A DNA stretch of 64,000 nt from Octopus sinensis (GCF_006345805.1 NC_042999.1:3472001-3536000); one strand, 5' to 3'; counted from the stretch's first letter, positions 22,612 through 36,842 are shown. Notes: generated by a model not told the origin, from the letters alone. Numbers and translations: made by a program.

Positions 22612-22997
22612 TCTCTTTTACTTGTTTCAGTCATTTTGACTGTGGCCATGCTGGAGCACCGCCTTTAGTCGAGCAAATCGACCCCGGGACTTATTCTTTG
22701 TAAGCCCAGTACTTATTCTATCGGTCTCTTTTGCTGAACTGCTAAGTAACGGGGACATAAACACACCAGCATCGGTTGTCAAGCAATGCTAGGAGGACAA
22801 ACACAGACACACAAACATACACATACATATATATGACAGGCTTCTTTCAGTTTCCGTCTACCAAATCCACTCACAAGGCTTTGGTCGGCCCGGGGCTTTA
22901 GCAGAAGACACTTGCCCAAGATGCCACGCAGTGGGACTGAACCCTGAACCATGTGGTTGGTTAGCAAGCTACTTACCACACAGCCACTCCTGTGCCT
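22612..22997 (-). mobile_element. SINE family A, full length
   Basis: Nearly identical to 9835-10248. Confidence 0.85.
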
Positions 22998-23254
22998 ATC
23001 AAAAGTCTTTACTTCTCATAAGACATTTTTTGCATTTTCTCTCAAATAATTTCTTGATGTCTCTCAACTGTAGCACTTTTGCCAAGAGAAGTTTATTCTT
23101 CATCTTACCAATATTCATTCCTAACTTAGACGCAAATCCTCAAATTTGGAGGTGGGAAGGAGATGTAATTGATTATATTGGGCCCAGTATTTGATGCTTA
23201 CATTTTCCAGTGCTGGTGCCATGTAAAAAGCACTTGTGCTGGTATCATGTAGAG

Positions 23255-23420
23255 ACACAGGCATGGCTGTGTAATAAGAAGCTTGCTTCTGAACCACATG
23301 GTTCTGGGTTCAGTCCCACTACAAGGTAACTTGAGGAAGTGTCTTCTGCTATAGCCTCTGGCCAACCAAAGTCCTGTGAGTGGATTTGGTAGACGGAAAA
23401 GGAAAGAAGCCCACCATATA
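23255..23420 (+). mobile_element. SINE family A 5' part
   Basis: Head and core ending in (TA)n. Confidence 0.65.
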
Positions 23421-23707
23421 TATATATAAATGAAGTATAAGGAAAGCAAAATTTGTAGGTGTAGACGAACTTTAATTCATAATCCAGGTTGGTACAGAAC
23501 TAAAATGCATTCTATATTGTTTCGGAGTCTAAGACAAAAACACTCCTCATGAAATAATAATTAGATTCTTTATCAGGAATTACAAACTGGTATGAATAAT
23601 TATGACCAACAAAAATATACAAAGACCTTTCATAACCCAGATGGGAATAAATAATAATCTTTTATATATATATATATGTATATATATGTGTGTGTGTGTG
23701 TGTGCAT

Positions 23708-24147
23708 ATCATCATCATCATCGTTAAACGTCCGCTTTCATGATAGCATGGGTTGGATGATTTTGACTGAGGGCTCGCAAACCAGATGGCTGCACCAGGC
23801 TCCAGTCTTGATTTGGCAGAGTTTCTACAGCTGGATGTCCTTCCTAACGCCAACCACTCCGGGAATATAGTGGGTGCTTTTACGTGTCACTGGCACATGC
23901 CCACTGGCACGGAAGCCAGTTGGCTGCTCTGACCCATGCTGGTGCCATATAAAAGTACTGGTGCTGGTGCCACTTGAAAAGCACCCAGTACATCTGATCA
24001 AGTGGTTGGCATTAGGAAGGGTATCTGGCCATAGAACCCTTGCAAAAAATGACAACTGTGGCCAGGTGCAGCTCTGTGGCTTGATAGCTCCAGTCAAACC
24101 ATCCAACCCATGCAAGGATGGAAAACGGACATTAAATGATGATGATA
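23708..24147. mobile_element. Two RTE 3' ends in opposite orientation
   Basis: (CAT)n terminus on the left, (GAT)n terminus on the right, junction near 23935. Confidence 0.75.
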
Positions 24148-24974
24148 ATTTTACTGACCCCAAAAGGATGAAATGTGATGACAAAGACAAATTATAATAA
24201 TTAAATACCACAAAACATCTTCTAAAAATTCTGCTAATCTCAAGGTTCTTCATTACCAATATTCAAAATCTTTTCACAGAATAATTTAGTGAAACTGACA
24301 ATTAACCCTGAGATAACAACCTTTGACACCTAACACTGACCTGACATCTAGTTGAAAGGGTACATCTATGTATGTACACACGGGTATGCATTCCTCAATG
24401 TGGTCATTCAATATGCTGAAAATAGCAGTCAAATTTTTCTCATGTCATACAACAGGCTGTCTTCAAAAACCAAACCAACTAATAAAAATAAGGATAATGT
24501 AGTCTTAGATACATTATGATTGAAGGATAAGAGAAGAGATAATCAAAGCTGGAATAACTTAGATCTCAGATCTACAGGGATCAGGGTCAACTTGAGGTTA
24601 AACCACTGCAAAACAATAAACTGATAACCCCATTTTCTTTAACATACATACACCATAAAAACAAAGAAAAAAAAACAAAGAGACAACATATGTCAGAACA
24701 ACACACACACACACACAAGGAGAAGTATATAAAATAATGTGTATATACACACACAATTGTAGAATGCAAATACTTTACATAAAACACACACACACACACA
24801 TATACAGACATTTAATTTGTATTTATTCATCTTTGGTTATTATTCTATCAGAGATGTGCTGACACCACCTCAAAATCCAATAGTTTGACAAGAAAACAAT
24901 CAGAAATGTCAAGAATGGCCTGATATTTCCTAAGATTAATAAATGCCTACAGTTACTTTATTTTATTCCTTTTA

Positions 24975-25052
24975 TATTATATGATTACATATATGTATGT
25001 ATGTCTGTGTGTATGAATATATACACCACGTGTATGTATATGTATATATACA

Positions 25053-25086
<34 letters not shown>

Positions 25087-25550
25087 CGTATATGTATATA
25101 TATATATACACATACACACACATATATATACATATATATACATAACCCACCACACACAAATATACATGTATATATATATATATAAATACAGACACATACA
25201 TATGTATATATACATAAACATATATATGTATATACATACACATACATACATATATGTATACATACACACATATATATGTATATATACATACACATCTGTA
25301 TATGTATATATTTATATATATAGACACACACACACATATATATACATATATATATGTACACATACACACACATATATATACACACATATATATATATGCA
25401 TATATACATACACATATATGCACACACACACATATATACACACACACACATATGTACATAAGATACTTTTCATACACAAACACAAACACACAGAAACACG
25501 CATACCCACATACATAGAAACATGCTTATATTTACACAAATACATACAGC
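24975..25550. repeat. (TA)/(CA) microsatellite tract
   Basis: Direct inspection. Confidence 0.92.
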
Positions 25551-25884
25551 CAGAGATATGATGACAATTGATAAATTCATCCAATATTGTTAAGTCAATG
25601 TCATTGACTGTTATCTCAACAGATTGGGCGAAAAATACTTAAAACCACTAGAATTTTGAGTATATCAAAAAATTCATTTATTATTTCTGAGTGAGAAACC
25701 TTTAATCAAAATACTTGCCATTCCTCCTCGACCATCCCCCTTGAAGGAAAAGGAAAGGAAAACAACAATCGCAATTAACAACACTAATAACCGTAAGTGA
25801 ATTGTTGTTGTCTGTATTTTGAGCTTCTGTGATTCGGGAATCGTAAATCATGAAGATGAGGGTATGGTGAGTTTAATGTGGAAA

Positions 25885-26338
25885 GACCTGACAAATAATG
25901 TGAGTTCATGGCTGTTTCCTGCACCAGTTTCGCATAGCCCCTACCCATCCAAAGTACCTTGGATTGCAGAATGATCTGCTGTGCTTACCTTGGATCGTAA
26001 GGTGACCTGCTGTGCTTGAGGAGACCTATTGAGTCAAGTACATCATCAACATCAAAATAAATATCAAATGGAAATTGTATTTGTGATACCCGTGCCGGTG
26101 GCACGTAAAAAGCACCAACCGATCGTGACTGCTGCCAGCCTCCCCTGGCACCTGTGCCAGTGGCACGTAAAAAGCACCCACTACACTCATGGAGTGTTGG
26201 CGTTAGGAAGGGCATCTAGCTATAGAAACACAGCCATATCAGATTGGAGCCTGGTGCAGCCTCCTGGCTTCCCAGACCCCGGTCAAACTGTATAACCCAT
26301 GCTAGCACGGATAACGGACGTTAAACGATGATGATGAT
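25885..26338 (+). mobile_element. RTE LINE 3' UTR and terminus
   Basis: CTGTGCTTGAGGAGACCTATTGAGT segment shared with 54820; units and (GAT)n tail. Confidence 0.7.
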
Positions 26339-26509
26339 TAATTGAACACATGATTGGAAGTGTTTGATGGCTTCAGTAGTTGGACTGTGGCAAAGCTGGA
26401 GCAATGATTTCAAGGGTTTTAATAAATTACATCAAAATCAACCGTTATTGGTATTTAGTCTGGTGTTTCTTTTACTGAGTTGTGTCATGTTAAGGATGTA
26501 TGTGATTAT

Positions 26510-27230
26510 AGGTGCAGGCATGGCTGTGTGGTAAGGACCTTGCTTCCCAATTGCATGGTGCCAGGCTCAGTCTCATTGCAAGCCAACTTGGTTGAGTGTT
26601 TGCTACTATGGCCTTGGGCTAACCAAAACCTTGTGAGTGGATTTGGTAGACAGAAACTAAAAGAATCCAGAGGCTGTGTGGTAAGAAGCTTGCTTACCAA
26701 TCACATGGTTCTGGTTCAGTTCTACTGAGTGGCAGCTTGGGCAAGTGCCTTCTAGTTACAGCTTTGAGCTGACCAAAGCCTTGTAAGTGGATTTGGTAGA
26801 CAGAAACTGAAAGTAGCCCATTGTATATATGTGTGTGTGTGTGTGTGTGTGTCTGTGTTTGTCCCCCCCAACACCGCTTGACAACTGAATCTGGTGTGTT
26901 TACGTCCCTGTAACTTAGTGGTTTGGCAAAAGAGACTGATAGAATAAGTACTAGGCTTACAAAGAATAAGTCCTGGAGTGGAACTGTTCAGCTAAAAGTG
27001 ATGCTCCAGCATGGCAACAGTCAAATGACTGAAACAAATAAAAGACTATATAAATGTGTGTGTCTTTTCATCTGTGCTTGTCTTCCAACCACCCCTTGAC
27101 AACCGGTGAGTACCCAGCTTTACGTAGAAAATAAGTACTGGGATCAATTCATTCGAGTAAAACCTCTTCAAGGTGGTGCCCCAGCATGGCCACAGTCTAG
27201 TGACTGAAACAAGTAAAAGATAAAAGATAA
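26510..27230 (+). mobile_element. Cluster of SINE family A pieces (repeated head, two tails)
   Basis: Heads near 26515 and 26670; tails near 27045 and 27228. Confidence 0.7.
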
Positions 27231-27469
27231 CTCAAAAATTAAAAGCAGAAAGTATAAATTTCCCATAGAGTTCATATGTTGTGCTCAACAGCTGTTTCAT
27301 AAGGATAAACATCATTAGATTGTAAATTAATTAAATTAATTAATTATGTATCACAATTGAATAATTGCACATTTAATGATGTTTATCCTAATGTAACAGC
27401 TGTTGTGCACAAAGTAAGAACTACATATGGAATTTATGCTTTTCTACTATTATTCTTAATAATATCAAT

Positions 27470-27487
27470 TCTTAATAATAATAATAA

Positions 27488-27518
<31 letters not shown>

Positions 27519-27749
27519 AAGAAGAAGAAGAAGGAAGAAGAAGAAGAAGAAGAAGAGAAGAAGAAGAAGAAGAAGAAGAAGAAGAAGAAGAAGAAGAAGA
27601 AGAAGAAAAGAAGAAGAAGAAGACGAAAAGAAGAAGAAGAAGAAGAAGAAGAAGAAGGTCGGCTATAATAATAATAATAATAATAATAATAATTATAATA
27701 TATAATAATAATATCTGAAATAATAGTAATAATAATAATAATATAATAA

Positions 27750-27785
<36 letters not shown>

Positions 27786-27890
27786 ATATAATAAGAATAA
27801 TATAATATAATAATATAATAATAATAATATAATAATCAATAATAATAATAATAATAATAATTAATAATAATAATATATATATATTATCTG
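27470..27890. repeat. Compound (AAT)n-(AAG)n-(AAT)n microsatellite
   Basis: Direct inspection. Confidence 0.95.
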
Positions 27891-28084
27891 AAATGTATCG
27901 TAATTAATATCCATCACGGCTAGTTTTTACCGATCAGTTTCACATAAAGAGACAGAATGGAGAGTTAGACAAGACAGCCATGGTGGATATTTATATTGTA
28001 CACTTCAGACAATATACCCACTCTACTGACAGATATATGAGTGCATCTTTTCCTGACTTATGGTCTCTTAGATGACACAACACA

Positions 28085-28126
<42 letters not shown>

Positions 28127-28439
28127 TATCATATACACATATACAATAAATATATATATATCTATATATATCATATATATACATATATATTAAATAATGA
28201 GGGAGATAAATTATATTAATTTTAATATCAATTTAAAACCAGTAGTCCAGCATACAAAAATCTGAGGAGTCAGAGAAAATTCTAATATATGTGTATATTG
28301 GCAGGGCTTACTGCTAGGGAGTCGGCCGTATGCTAGAAATAGACCATCAACGGTCAAACTACAGGAAATTCTCTAGAGGGAAAAATACAGCGAACACCAA
28401 AACCAACTTTGCGGCAGAACAGATGAAAATTTATATAAA

Positions 28440-28632
28440 AAACAGAATATAATATACATATATATATACATATATATATACAATATAAATATATTATTAC
28501 ATATATATATACAAATATATATATATACTATATATATATATATATACAATATATATATATATATATATACAAATATATATATATATATATACAAATATAT
28601 ATATATATATACAAATATATATATATATATCT

Positions 28633-28664
<32 letters not shown>

Positions 28665-28860
28665 ATACAAATCTATATATATATAGACATATATTCTATA
28701 TCATCTCATCGTTTAACGTCCATTTTCCATGCTAGCATGGTTAGACAGTTCGACTGGGAGCCAGCAGGCTGCACCAGGCTCCAGTCTGATCTGGCAGTGT
28801 TTCTACAGCTGGATGCCCTTCCTAACACCAACCACTCCGATGTATGTATGTATGTGTATA

Positions 28861-28891
<31 letters not shown>

Positions 28892-29071
28892 CATACACAT
28901 ATATATATATGTGTATATGTATATATGTATATATTATTATATATATATATATATATTATATACATACACATATATATATAATGTGTATATGTATAATATA
29001 TGTATATATGTATATATATATAATATTAGATATATATATATATATATGTATGCATGTATTATATATATGTA

Positions 29072-29118
<47 letters not shown>

Positions 29119-29135
29119 CTATACACACAAATACA
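28440..29135. repeat. (TA)-rich tract containing a truncated RTE 3' end (28704-28842, minus)
   Basis: Microsatellite on both sides of CATCGTTTAACGTCCATTTTCCATGCTAGC... Confidence 0.85.
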
Positions 29136-29940
29136 CATATGACTATGTGGTTAAGAAGTTCACTTCCTAGTTATGTGTTTTTAGGTTTAGTCTTCGGTCA
29201 CCATGTGTGATATTGGGCAAATGTTTTCTCCTGTAGCCTCATACCAACCAAAACCTTGTGATTTGACAAACGGAAATTGAAAGAAGCCCATTGTATATGC
29301 ATGTGTCTGTGTGTCTGCACAGGCTGGAACATGTATGTATTTAGATGTTGCTACATAGTTTTAAAATCAATCCTCATCTGTGAAGGGTTACAGGTTCATA
29401 TCTCACCACAGGAATTTCTACCCAGAAACTAGGATGTGTCTTGCTATTCGATTTGAGAGCACCAGCTAGGGCATTTTGGCCATGTTGCTCTATTTTCTGA
29501 GATAAACCCAGTTTACTGAGAATTCGGAGAGGGTTGGCAACTTGTGTTGGTTGACTACATGCTACATTGTCACAGCAGATGAGGAGGCATCTTCCAGAGA
29601 TGGGGGACTGACTGGGACCCTGGTCAACAAGTCACCCAAGATGACCTGGAAATATACCAATAAATGGTGAATGTAGCAACATGTTGCAATAGCATATTCC
29701 CCCACAACTGACCCGACCTTAAACCCATTATTCATCCCATCCTGATCTATTGAAAATATTGCTATTTCCAAAATCTAAAAATGGTAGATGTCTCTTGAGA
29801 ACATTAAATTATCTGCTTACAGATTTTGTTGCTGTTTAGTTTCATATCTGTTTCTAATCAAGCAAGATTACAATTAAGCCTGCTCCAAACATGACCACCC
29901 TGTTGTTTTCTAGAACATTGTGAATTTAGGATTACATTCT

Positions 29941-30675
29941 TTAACCCTTTCGTTACCAACCCGGCTGAAACTGCCTCAGGCTCTATAGTACAAATGTCTT
30001 GTTTTCATAAATTTTGAATTAAAATCTTCCACCAAACCTTAGTCGCAATTTATGTTCCTAACAGAAGCTTAATGATAACTAAGTTATTTTACTAAATTCT
30101 TTGTTATATTTAAAATTAATTGAAAGAAACACAGAGCATCTCAATAGAAATATGATAACAAACGGATTAAAGTTGAAAAGAGAAAGAATAAGGTGGGCCT
30201 TAACCCTTTTGACACTAACCTGGCTGAAACTGCCTCTGACTCTGCGGTACAAATGTCTTATTTTCATAAGTTTTGAATTAAAATCTTCCACCAAACCTTA
30301 GTCACAATTTATGTTCCTTAACACTAACTAAATGATAACTAAGTTATTTTACTAAATTCTTTGTTATATTTAAGATTAATTGAAAGAAACACAGATCATC
30401 TCAATAGAAATATGGCAACAAAAGGGTTAAAGTCACCATGATATTTTTAAGCCTTTGGTATCAACTCAGGTGAAGCCACCTCTGGCTCTGTAGTACAAAT
30501 GTCTTGTTTCCATAAGTTTTGAATTAAAATCTTCTATCAAACCTTAGTCACAATTTATGTTCCTAACACTAGCTTAATGATAACTAAGTTATTTTACTAA
30601 ATTCTTTGTTATATTTATAATTAATTGAAAGAAATACAGAGCATCTCAATAGAAATATGGTAACGAAAGGGTTAA
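29941..30675 (+). mobile_element. Three tandem TTAA-bounded MITE-like units
   Basis: Units at 29941-30170, 30200-30430 and ~30447-30675; TTAACCCTTT...AAAGGGTTAA termini resemble piggyBac ends. Confidence 0.72.
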
Positions 30676-32590
30676 AGTATTCCTCCTACTTTTAAGAAGC
30701 CTGGGTATGTAATCTAACAAACATTTACTTGCTATTTCTTTCTTGTAGATGCTTCTTCCTTGCTTCACTTCAAAATATGTAATTGGTGATGTTGTTGTTG
30801 TTTCTTTTCTTTTGAACATGAATCAGAATATACATACATATATATATCATCTAATATTGATTTTTTGATTTTTGAACATTTCGAATGTTCTATTGATTTC
30901 GACATTTTATAGAAAGAAATCACAAAATGATTTTAAGATTATTGAAATTAGGCCCAAAGCGCTAGTTTAGAAGTAATGTAACGCTGGTTCTGGTAAAACA
31001 GTGTATTGATCATTGTAATGCAGCAAATTTGAAAATTGGGCTTTTTTTTTTAATATTTTTTCGTTCATTTTTTTTTTTTTTTTATCAGCAAAATAAATTA
31101 CATGTCTTGTTTTATCCCACATCATTTCTGATTCCACACACCTATGATCAAAAGCATTTGAAGAACAACTACTATCCTATCTTTTTATTCAAACACAATA
31201 TATATCTAAGACTATTTTATCCGGCAAGCTCTAAGCAATTCTTCTGAGACAATTTCATATGAAGGAGATTTTGCTGTTATTTTTACCAGGTCAAACACCC
31301 ACACAGATGCATTCTTATTAATGCATGTTAAAGATATATGCAAAAAAAACCCACTATGTTTATACATATAATATTACATAACAGACACGGTAAAGTAGAG
31401 TACATAAGTAATACCTGAATCTATGTTCATTTTAAAACAGTTTTAAGCATTAAAAAAAACAAAATTGAAAACTTTTACAAAATGGATAAAAGTATTTAAA
31501 GAAATTCTAAATCCATGCTACATAATCAAAGAATGGACAGAAAGAAATAAGGAAAACAGAAAAAGAAAAAAAAGATGTAGTTGAGAAACATAAAATACCA
31601 GAAGTTGTTGCTACTGAAGGAAAATATTCTGCTGAATCAGCTGTGACAATGAATTTCTGGTTTTTTTGGGGTTTTTTTTTCTCATTATGTTTTATATGTT
31701 CTGTCATATGATATTTTAATGTGGATATATCTATGTATATGCATCATGAAATTTACTCTTCTTATTTCTTTTACAGTTAGAAATCAAAACAATTTCAATG
31801 CTGATCATCATCTATTGAAGAACTAAAAGAAAAAAAAAATTAATAAAAAAAAATTTAATAAAAAAAAAAAAAACTATAAAAGTTTCAGCCAGTTTTCCTT
31901 TTATATAATAATCAAAACATTAAAATATACACATACACACATAAAGTGAAAGTTTCTTTGTGAAATTTTCTGAGAATTTTCTGGTGAATTACACACATAT
32001 ATAACAGATTCCAAATTCATATATTCTTTGCGTGCATGCTTAACATTTAGGTTGTAAGCACATACTTTTTACATCATATTAACTGAGAATGTTTACATAC
32101 ATACCTATATATATATAAATATATATATATATATAGGTATGAATGTATGTATGTAAACACATATACATAAGCAGATATATATAAATATACATGTAGATGC
32201 ATGTATATAAGTTTATCTATCCATCTATCTATATATATATACACATGTACATATATTTATATAAGTACTTATATATATATATATATATATATATTTATAC
32301 ATATACACAAATACCTATACATATATATACATATATGTGTATATATAAACACATATATACATATATATATTATATATATATATATATATATACATATATA
32401 TATACATACATGTATATACATACATATATATATATCTATATACACTTCAATATACATATATACATACATAGATACATACAAAGATGCATACATACACACA
32501 GAAACACACACACATATATACCTATATTTAAACATATAAATACCTCTCTATCTATATACATAAAGTTGTATTACTTGCTTTTCTACATAC

Positions 32591-32697
32591 ATGGAAATAT
32601 AGAAGAGTCACAAAAAGTTTAGAAAATGAAGAATTTCCTGATGTTTGATCATTTACTCCATCCTTTTGTCGAAGCCACATCTTTGATATATTTTCAA
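32591..32697 (-). CDS. Candidate 107-nt exon of an unidentified transcript
   Basis: Acceptor TTTTTGTTTTCTTCAG, donor GTATGT, one open frame [35 protein letters not shown]. No homology recognised. Confidence 0.3.
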
Positions 32698-33835
32698 CTG
32701 AAGAAAACAAAAATTATGCATTTGTATTATTCCTTGATACAGTGCAAGTATTCTAGCAGTCAACTTGAGTCAGACTTTCTTGAGACTACCATTGGGAAAT
32801 TTCTGGTAAAAAAAAACGAAAATAAAACACCCCAGGGAGCTAATTCCGTATTTTAACTATTGATGCTATCAACGAAAATTTTTTGTTTGTTGGTGACTTT
32901 TCTTGTCAAGGTTTCTTCATCCAGCTTTTAGATGTGTGTGTGTCTGTGTGTGTGTGTGTGTGTGTGTGGATATATGCATGCTTGTATAGGCATGTGAAGT
33001 GTCTTTGGTTGAATGCTATACATATTTACTTCCTGTAACAAAAAGCAAGACATTGATGTGCATGTGTAGACATATAATGTATATCTAATGCCTTCCTTCT
33101 TGTCAATGGGAGTAGATATGGAATTCATTCAAGCAAAAACCTTTTGTCATAGTAACCATTTCCTAACAACCTACATCCCAATTCATAGTATTTTTACATA
33201 AAAATTCTTTTGGAAATAAAATATGTTGAAAAAATGTAGAGAAGTTACATTGTTACTTTCCTTATTATCAAAAGTTTAGCATGTACTTCCCATGTTATTA
33301 TTTAAAGATATATGTTTTCCCTGTATTTCTATTCAGTTTAATACAAGTAAATTTTACTATCACTTTTTTAAGAATTTATTTGAAATAGCTTTGACATAAA
33401 GTTCACCCAACATAGAAACTGAATTAAGAAGAAAAAACTTTAAACCTTACGCATACAACACATTATAAATAAGCCAATAAGTGAAAGTCTATATGTTCAC
33501 TCAGCCTGTTCCATGTAACAGCTATGTTGTAGCTCTAAAATAAGTTTTATATAATAGAGATCACAAGTTTCAGGCACAAATCTTATCAGAGTATAATATC
33601 CAGTGTGTGCTTTTTAAAACAGCAAGCCATGATTTGAGAAAGAGAAATTTGGAAACCAAGCAAAATAGTGGTCTACAAGGGTGACAGTTATATGATGAAG
33701 TTAGGGGATTAAAATAAATCACAAGTTGATTTGCAATGAAGCAGGTGCAAAATCCAAAGTTTTAAACCTTTGTTGGTCTTCTGTGAGACAAAACACAAAA
33801 GCTCATACCATGGTCAGTAAAAAAACTCTTTTTAC

Positions 33836-34248
33836 TTACTACGGTATTAGTATCAGAAACCTGGACGTTATCAAAGAAGCTTGAGAGGTGGTTGGATGGA
33901 ACTTACACTCACCTCTTTATGAGAGCTCAAAATTTCTCGTGGAAGCGTCATCCAACCAAAGTACAAATATATGGGAAATTACCACCTGTATCATCTCTTG
34001 TGAAAGGCAGAAGAGTCCAGTTTGCTGGACATTGTTGTAGAGCTGAAAACGAGGTAATTTCTACTCTTCTCCTCTGGAAGCCATCTTGCTCGCGATACCA
34101 GAGGGCACACACTCTCCTACCCTGATGTAATCCCCAGAGATATAGGCATCTAGCGACAGGACCTCCATAATGCTATGATGGACCGTGAGGTCTGGCGTAA
34201 CATAGTAAATTCCATTGTCTCGACCACGGTCGAACAATGATGATGATT
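33836..34248 (+). mobile_element. 5'-truncated RTE-clade LINE (second family)
   Basis: LDGTYTHLFMRAQNFSWKRH...RRVQFAGHCCR; tail CGAACAATGATGATGAT. Confidence 0.82.
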
Positions 34249-34499
34249 AGTATCGATTTTCAATATGTTTATGTGAATTGACAGAGATTTGACTGCTGTT
34301 TACAGTTGTCAAATAGCCTCTTAAATGTTCAAAGAGGATGCTACAGACTGAGAGGAAAGGTAGCCAACCATGCAAAAAAATCTCCCTTAACAAATTATGT
34401 CTTAAATATGCAAGCATGAGATGTGGGCATTATAACAATGGTGACGATTATATATATTTACATAAACATATAAAAAACTTGTTTGATGGAAAGTGCTAT

Positions 34500-34760
34500 G
34501 ATTGTGTGAAATTTTTAGAATAATTCTCTTCTCTGTCAGGCAGAGTCTGCATCCTACAGTGCCTTTAAGATATGGCCTAGATCATTTCAGCAACTTCTAG
34601 CTGATGTTATATAGCTTTGTGTCTTCTTGAAATCATTACATATAGCTGGTTGATAATGACATTATACTTTTCCTGGATATTAAAACAAAAAGTGTGATTC
34701 TTCAGCCTCTGTTGCCTTGATGTATTTCTGTATATCTATCATCCCAATGATGTTGGCTGA
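34500..34760 (-). mobile_element. Decayed Penelope-like GIY-YIG endonuclease C-terminus
   Basis: Manual translation YNIS*KLLK*SRPY...GCRLCLTEKRII resembles the PLE W.IL..A..Y....C.LCL.EK motif. Confidence 0.5.
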
Positions 34761-35811
34761 TGCTACTTATACTAAAGCATTTCATTGTTATTATGTTAAA
34801 CTATTGTATATCCAAATTTGGCCAAATACACTTTCTTTTTTTCAGTATTTATTTTTGCTTGCAATAGCCACTTCTTTTGGTCAAACTATCATATCTCCAT
34901 CTGCTTCAGATGCCAAATATCAAAAATTGTCGAAGTGTAGTTCAACAGTTTTGCTATAGAATTGTGAAACTACTTTTTCCTTTTCTGAAAAAGCGACATT
35001 TTGGACTTACAACACTTTTGCATAATAGCAACGATATGTAGTTCCAGTACTAAAACAGTATATAAAGGTAGTATCTTGGTAAGGCAATGTGATAGTATCT
35101 TGGTAAGGCACAGCTACTTGTACTTTCTGCTTTATAAAGTTTGTGTTTTGACATGACGACTGCTCCAGGAAATTCTACAAATCTTTTGTTCATTTACTTC
35201 TGTATTAATTTGGAATTTACAAGAGAGCATTCTTCTCTTTTCTTCCTTGGTGGTCGTGTAATCATATTACTAATGAAAAATGAGAGTATGCACGATCCAT
35301 ACTGTTCTTATCTTACTTTTGTATCCGCTGGTTGTAAGTCTTAGACTCTTATATGGAAAATAACAAAAAAAAAAACCCCGAAAAATAGAACAACCATCTA
35401 TATGTGTGTGTATATGTATGTATGTATGTATATATATGTGTGTGTGTGTGTGTGTGTGCATGTGTTTAATATATTTGTGAACTTAAAGTACCTATGCTAG
35501 AAAAGAGAATACTGACAAAAACTCTATTGATAAAGGATACACACCCAGAAAGGTTATGTAGATTGTGAAACAAACCTTGAGGTAATCCAAATATATTTTC
35601 ACAAAAACAAATCTTTCTGCTTTAGTTCTTGATTCTAATTCTAATTACAAAACATTTTCAAGCAATCAAAAAGTGAAAAAAACAAAAAACAAAAGAAAGA
35701 AACTGTCTATGTAGGTGCATGAGTATATATGCACTCACAAACATGTATGTAAACATATTTTCAGGTGTATGTGAGTATCTATTGTTATGCGTCTGTCTAT
35801 ATACTCTTTTA

Positions 35812-36215
35812 GTCTTCTATTTTTTTCAGTCATTTGACTGTGGCCATGCTGGAGCACTGCCTTTAGTCGAGCAAATCTACCCCAGGACTTATTCTATTGG
35901 TCTCTTTTGCCAAACTGCTAACGGGGACGTAACACACCAACATCGGTTGTCAAGTGATGTTGGGGGGACAAACACAGACACACAAATGAATACACACACA
36001 CACACACACATATAAATATATATTTATGTATATACATACATATATACAACGGGATTCTTTCAGTTTCTGTCTACCAAATCCACTCACAAGGCTTTAGTTG
36101 GCCCGACGCTGGCTATAGTAGAAGACATTTGTCCAAAGTGCCATACAGTGGGACTGAACCCGGAACCATGTGGTTGGTAAGCAAGCTACTTACCACACAG
36201 CCATTCCTACACCTA
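35812..36215 (-). mobile_element. SINE family A, full length
   Basis: Head, microsatellite and tail present. Confidence 0.82.
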
Positions 36216-36284
36216 TACATAAAATTTATAAGTTAGCTGGTCATTATGTCAGAAATAAAAACACAGTTAATATAAAAATAAACC

Positions 36285-36585
36285 TGGCATTCCATTGGTT
36301 GCAATGACTAGTGTTCCAATCAACAGAACAACTTGTTTGTGAAATTAGCATGCAAGTGGCTGAGTACTCCACAGACATACATACCCCTAATGTAGCTTTC
36401 AGGAAGATTCAGCCTGACTGAGAATGTGACAAGGCTGGTCCTTTTGAATTACAGGTACAACTCATTTCTGCCAGCTGAGTGGACTGGGGCAACGTGAAAT
36501 AAAGTGTCTTGCTCAAGGACACAACGCATCGCTGGGGATTGAACTCACAATCTTATGATCATGAGGTGAAAACCCAAGCTACTAA
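36285..36585 (-). mobile_element. SINE family D
   Basis: Minus GAGTTCAATCC B box and CCTTGAGCAAGACACTTTATTTCACG core. Confidence 0.7.
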
Positions 36586-36842
36586 TAAACAACCTTAATC
36601 AATTTCTGAACCTTATTGGGTTCTTATCAGAGGTGTCCACATCATTCTGACAGTCTCCAGAGAAACAAGCAGTCAAACTGCTTATATACTCAACAAATGC
36701 AGCAGTTACTCTATGAAGGAGTCCCTAATTTGCATACCAAAAGTGTTTAACACTCTATAAATACCAACGGCCTGTCAATGGAGATCTTAGTCCACACAGT
36801 ATCAAGGTATGATATAATATACATGTAACATATATATATATA

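Noticed and set aside
25784-25939. Minus-strand 51-codon frame GYAKLVQETAM...QQQFTYGY*
   Set aside because: Upstream third overlaps RTE 3' UTR sequence and the acceptor lacks a pyrimidine tract.
27357-27668. Poly-N/K/E/R ORF
   Set aside because: Translation of (AAT)n(AAG)n.
31447-31711. Plus-strand protein-like reading WIKVFKEIL...DVVEKHKIPEVVATEG
   Set aside because: Needs a frameshift in an A-run near 31570 and has no clear splice sites.
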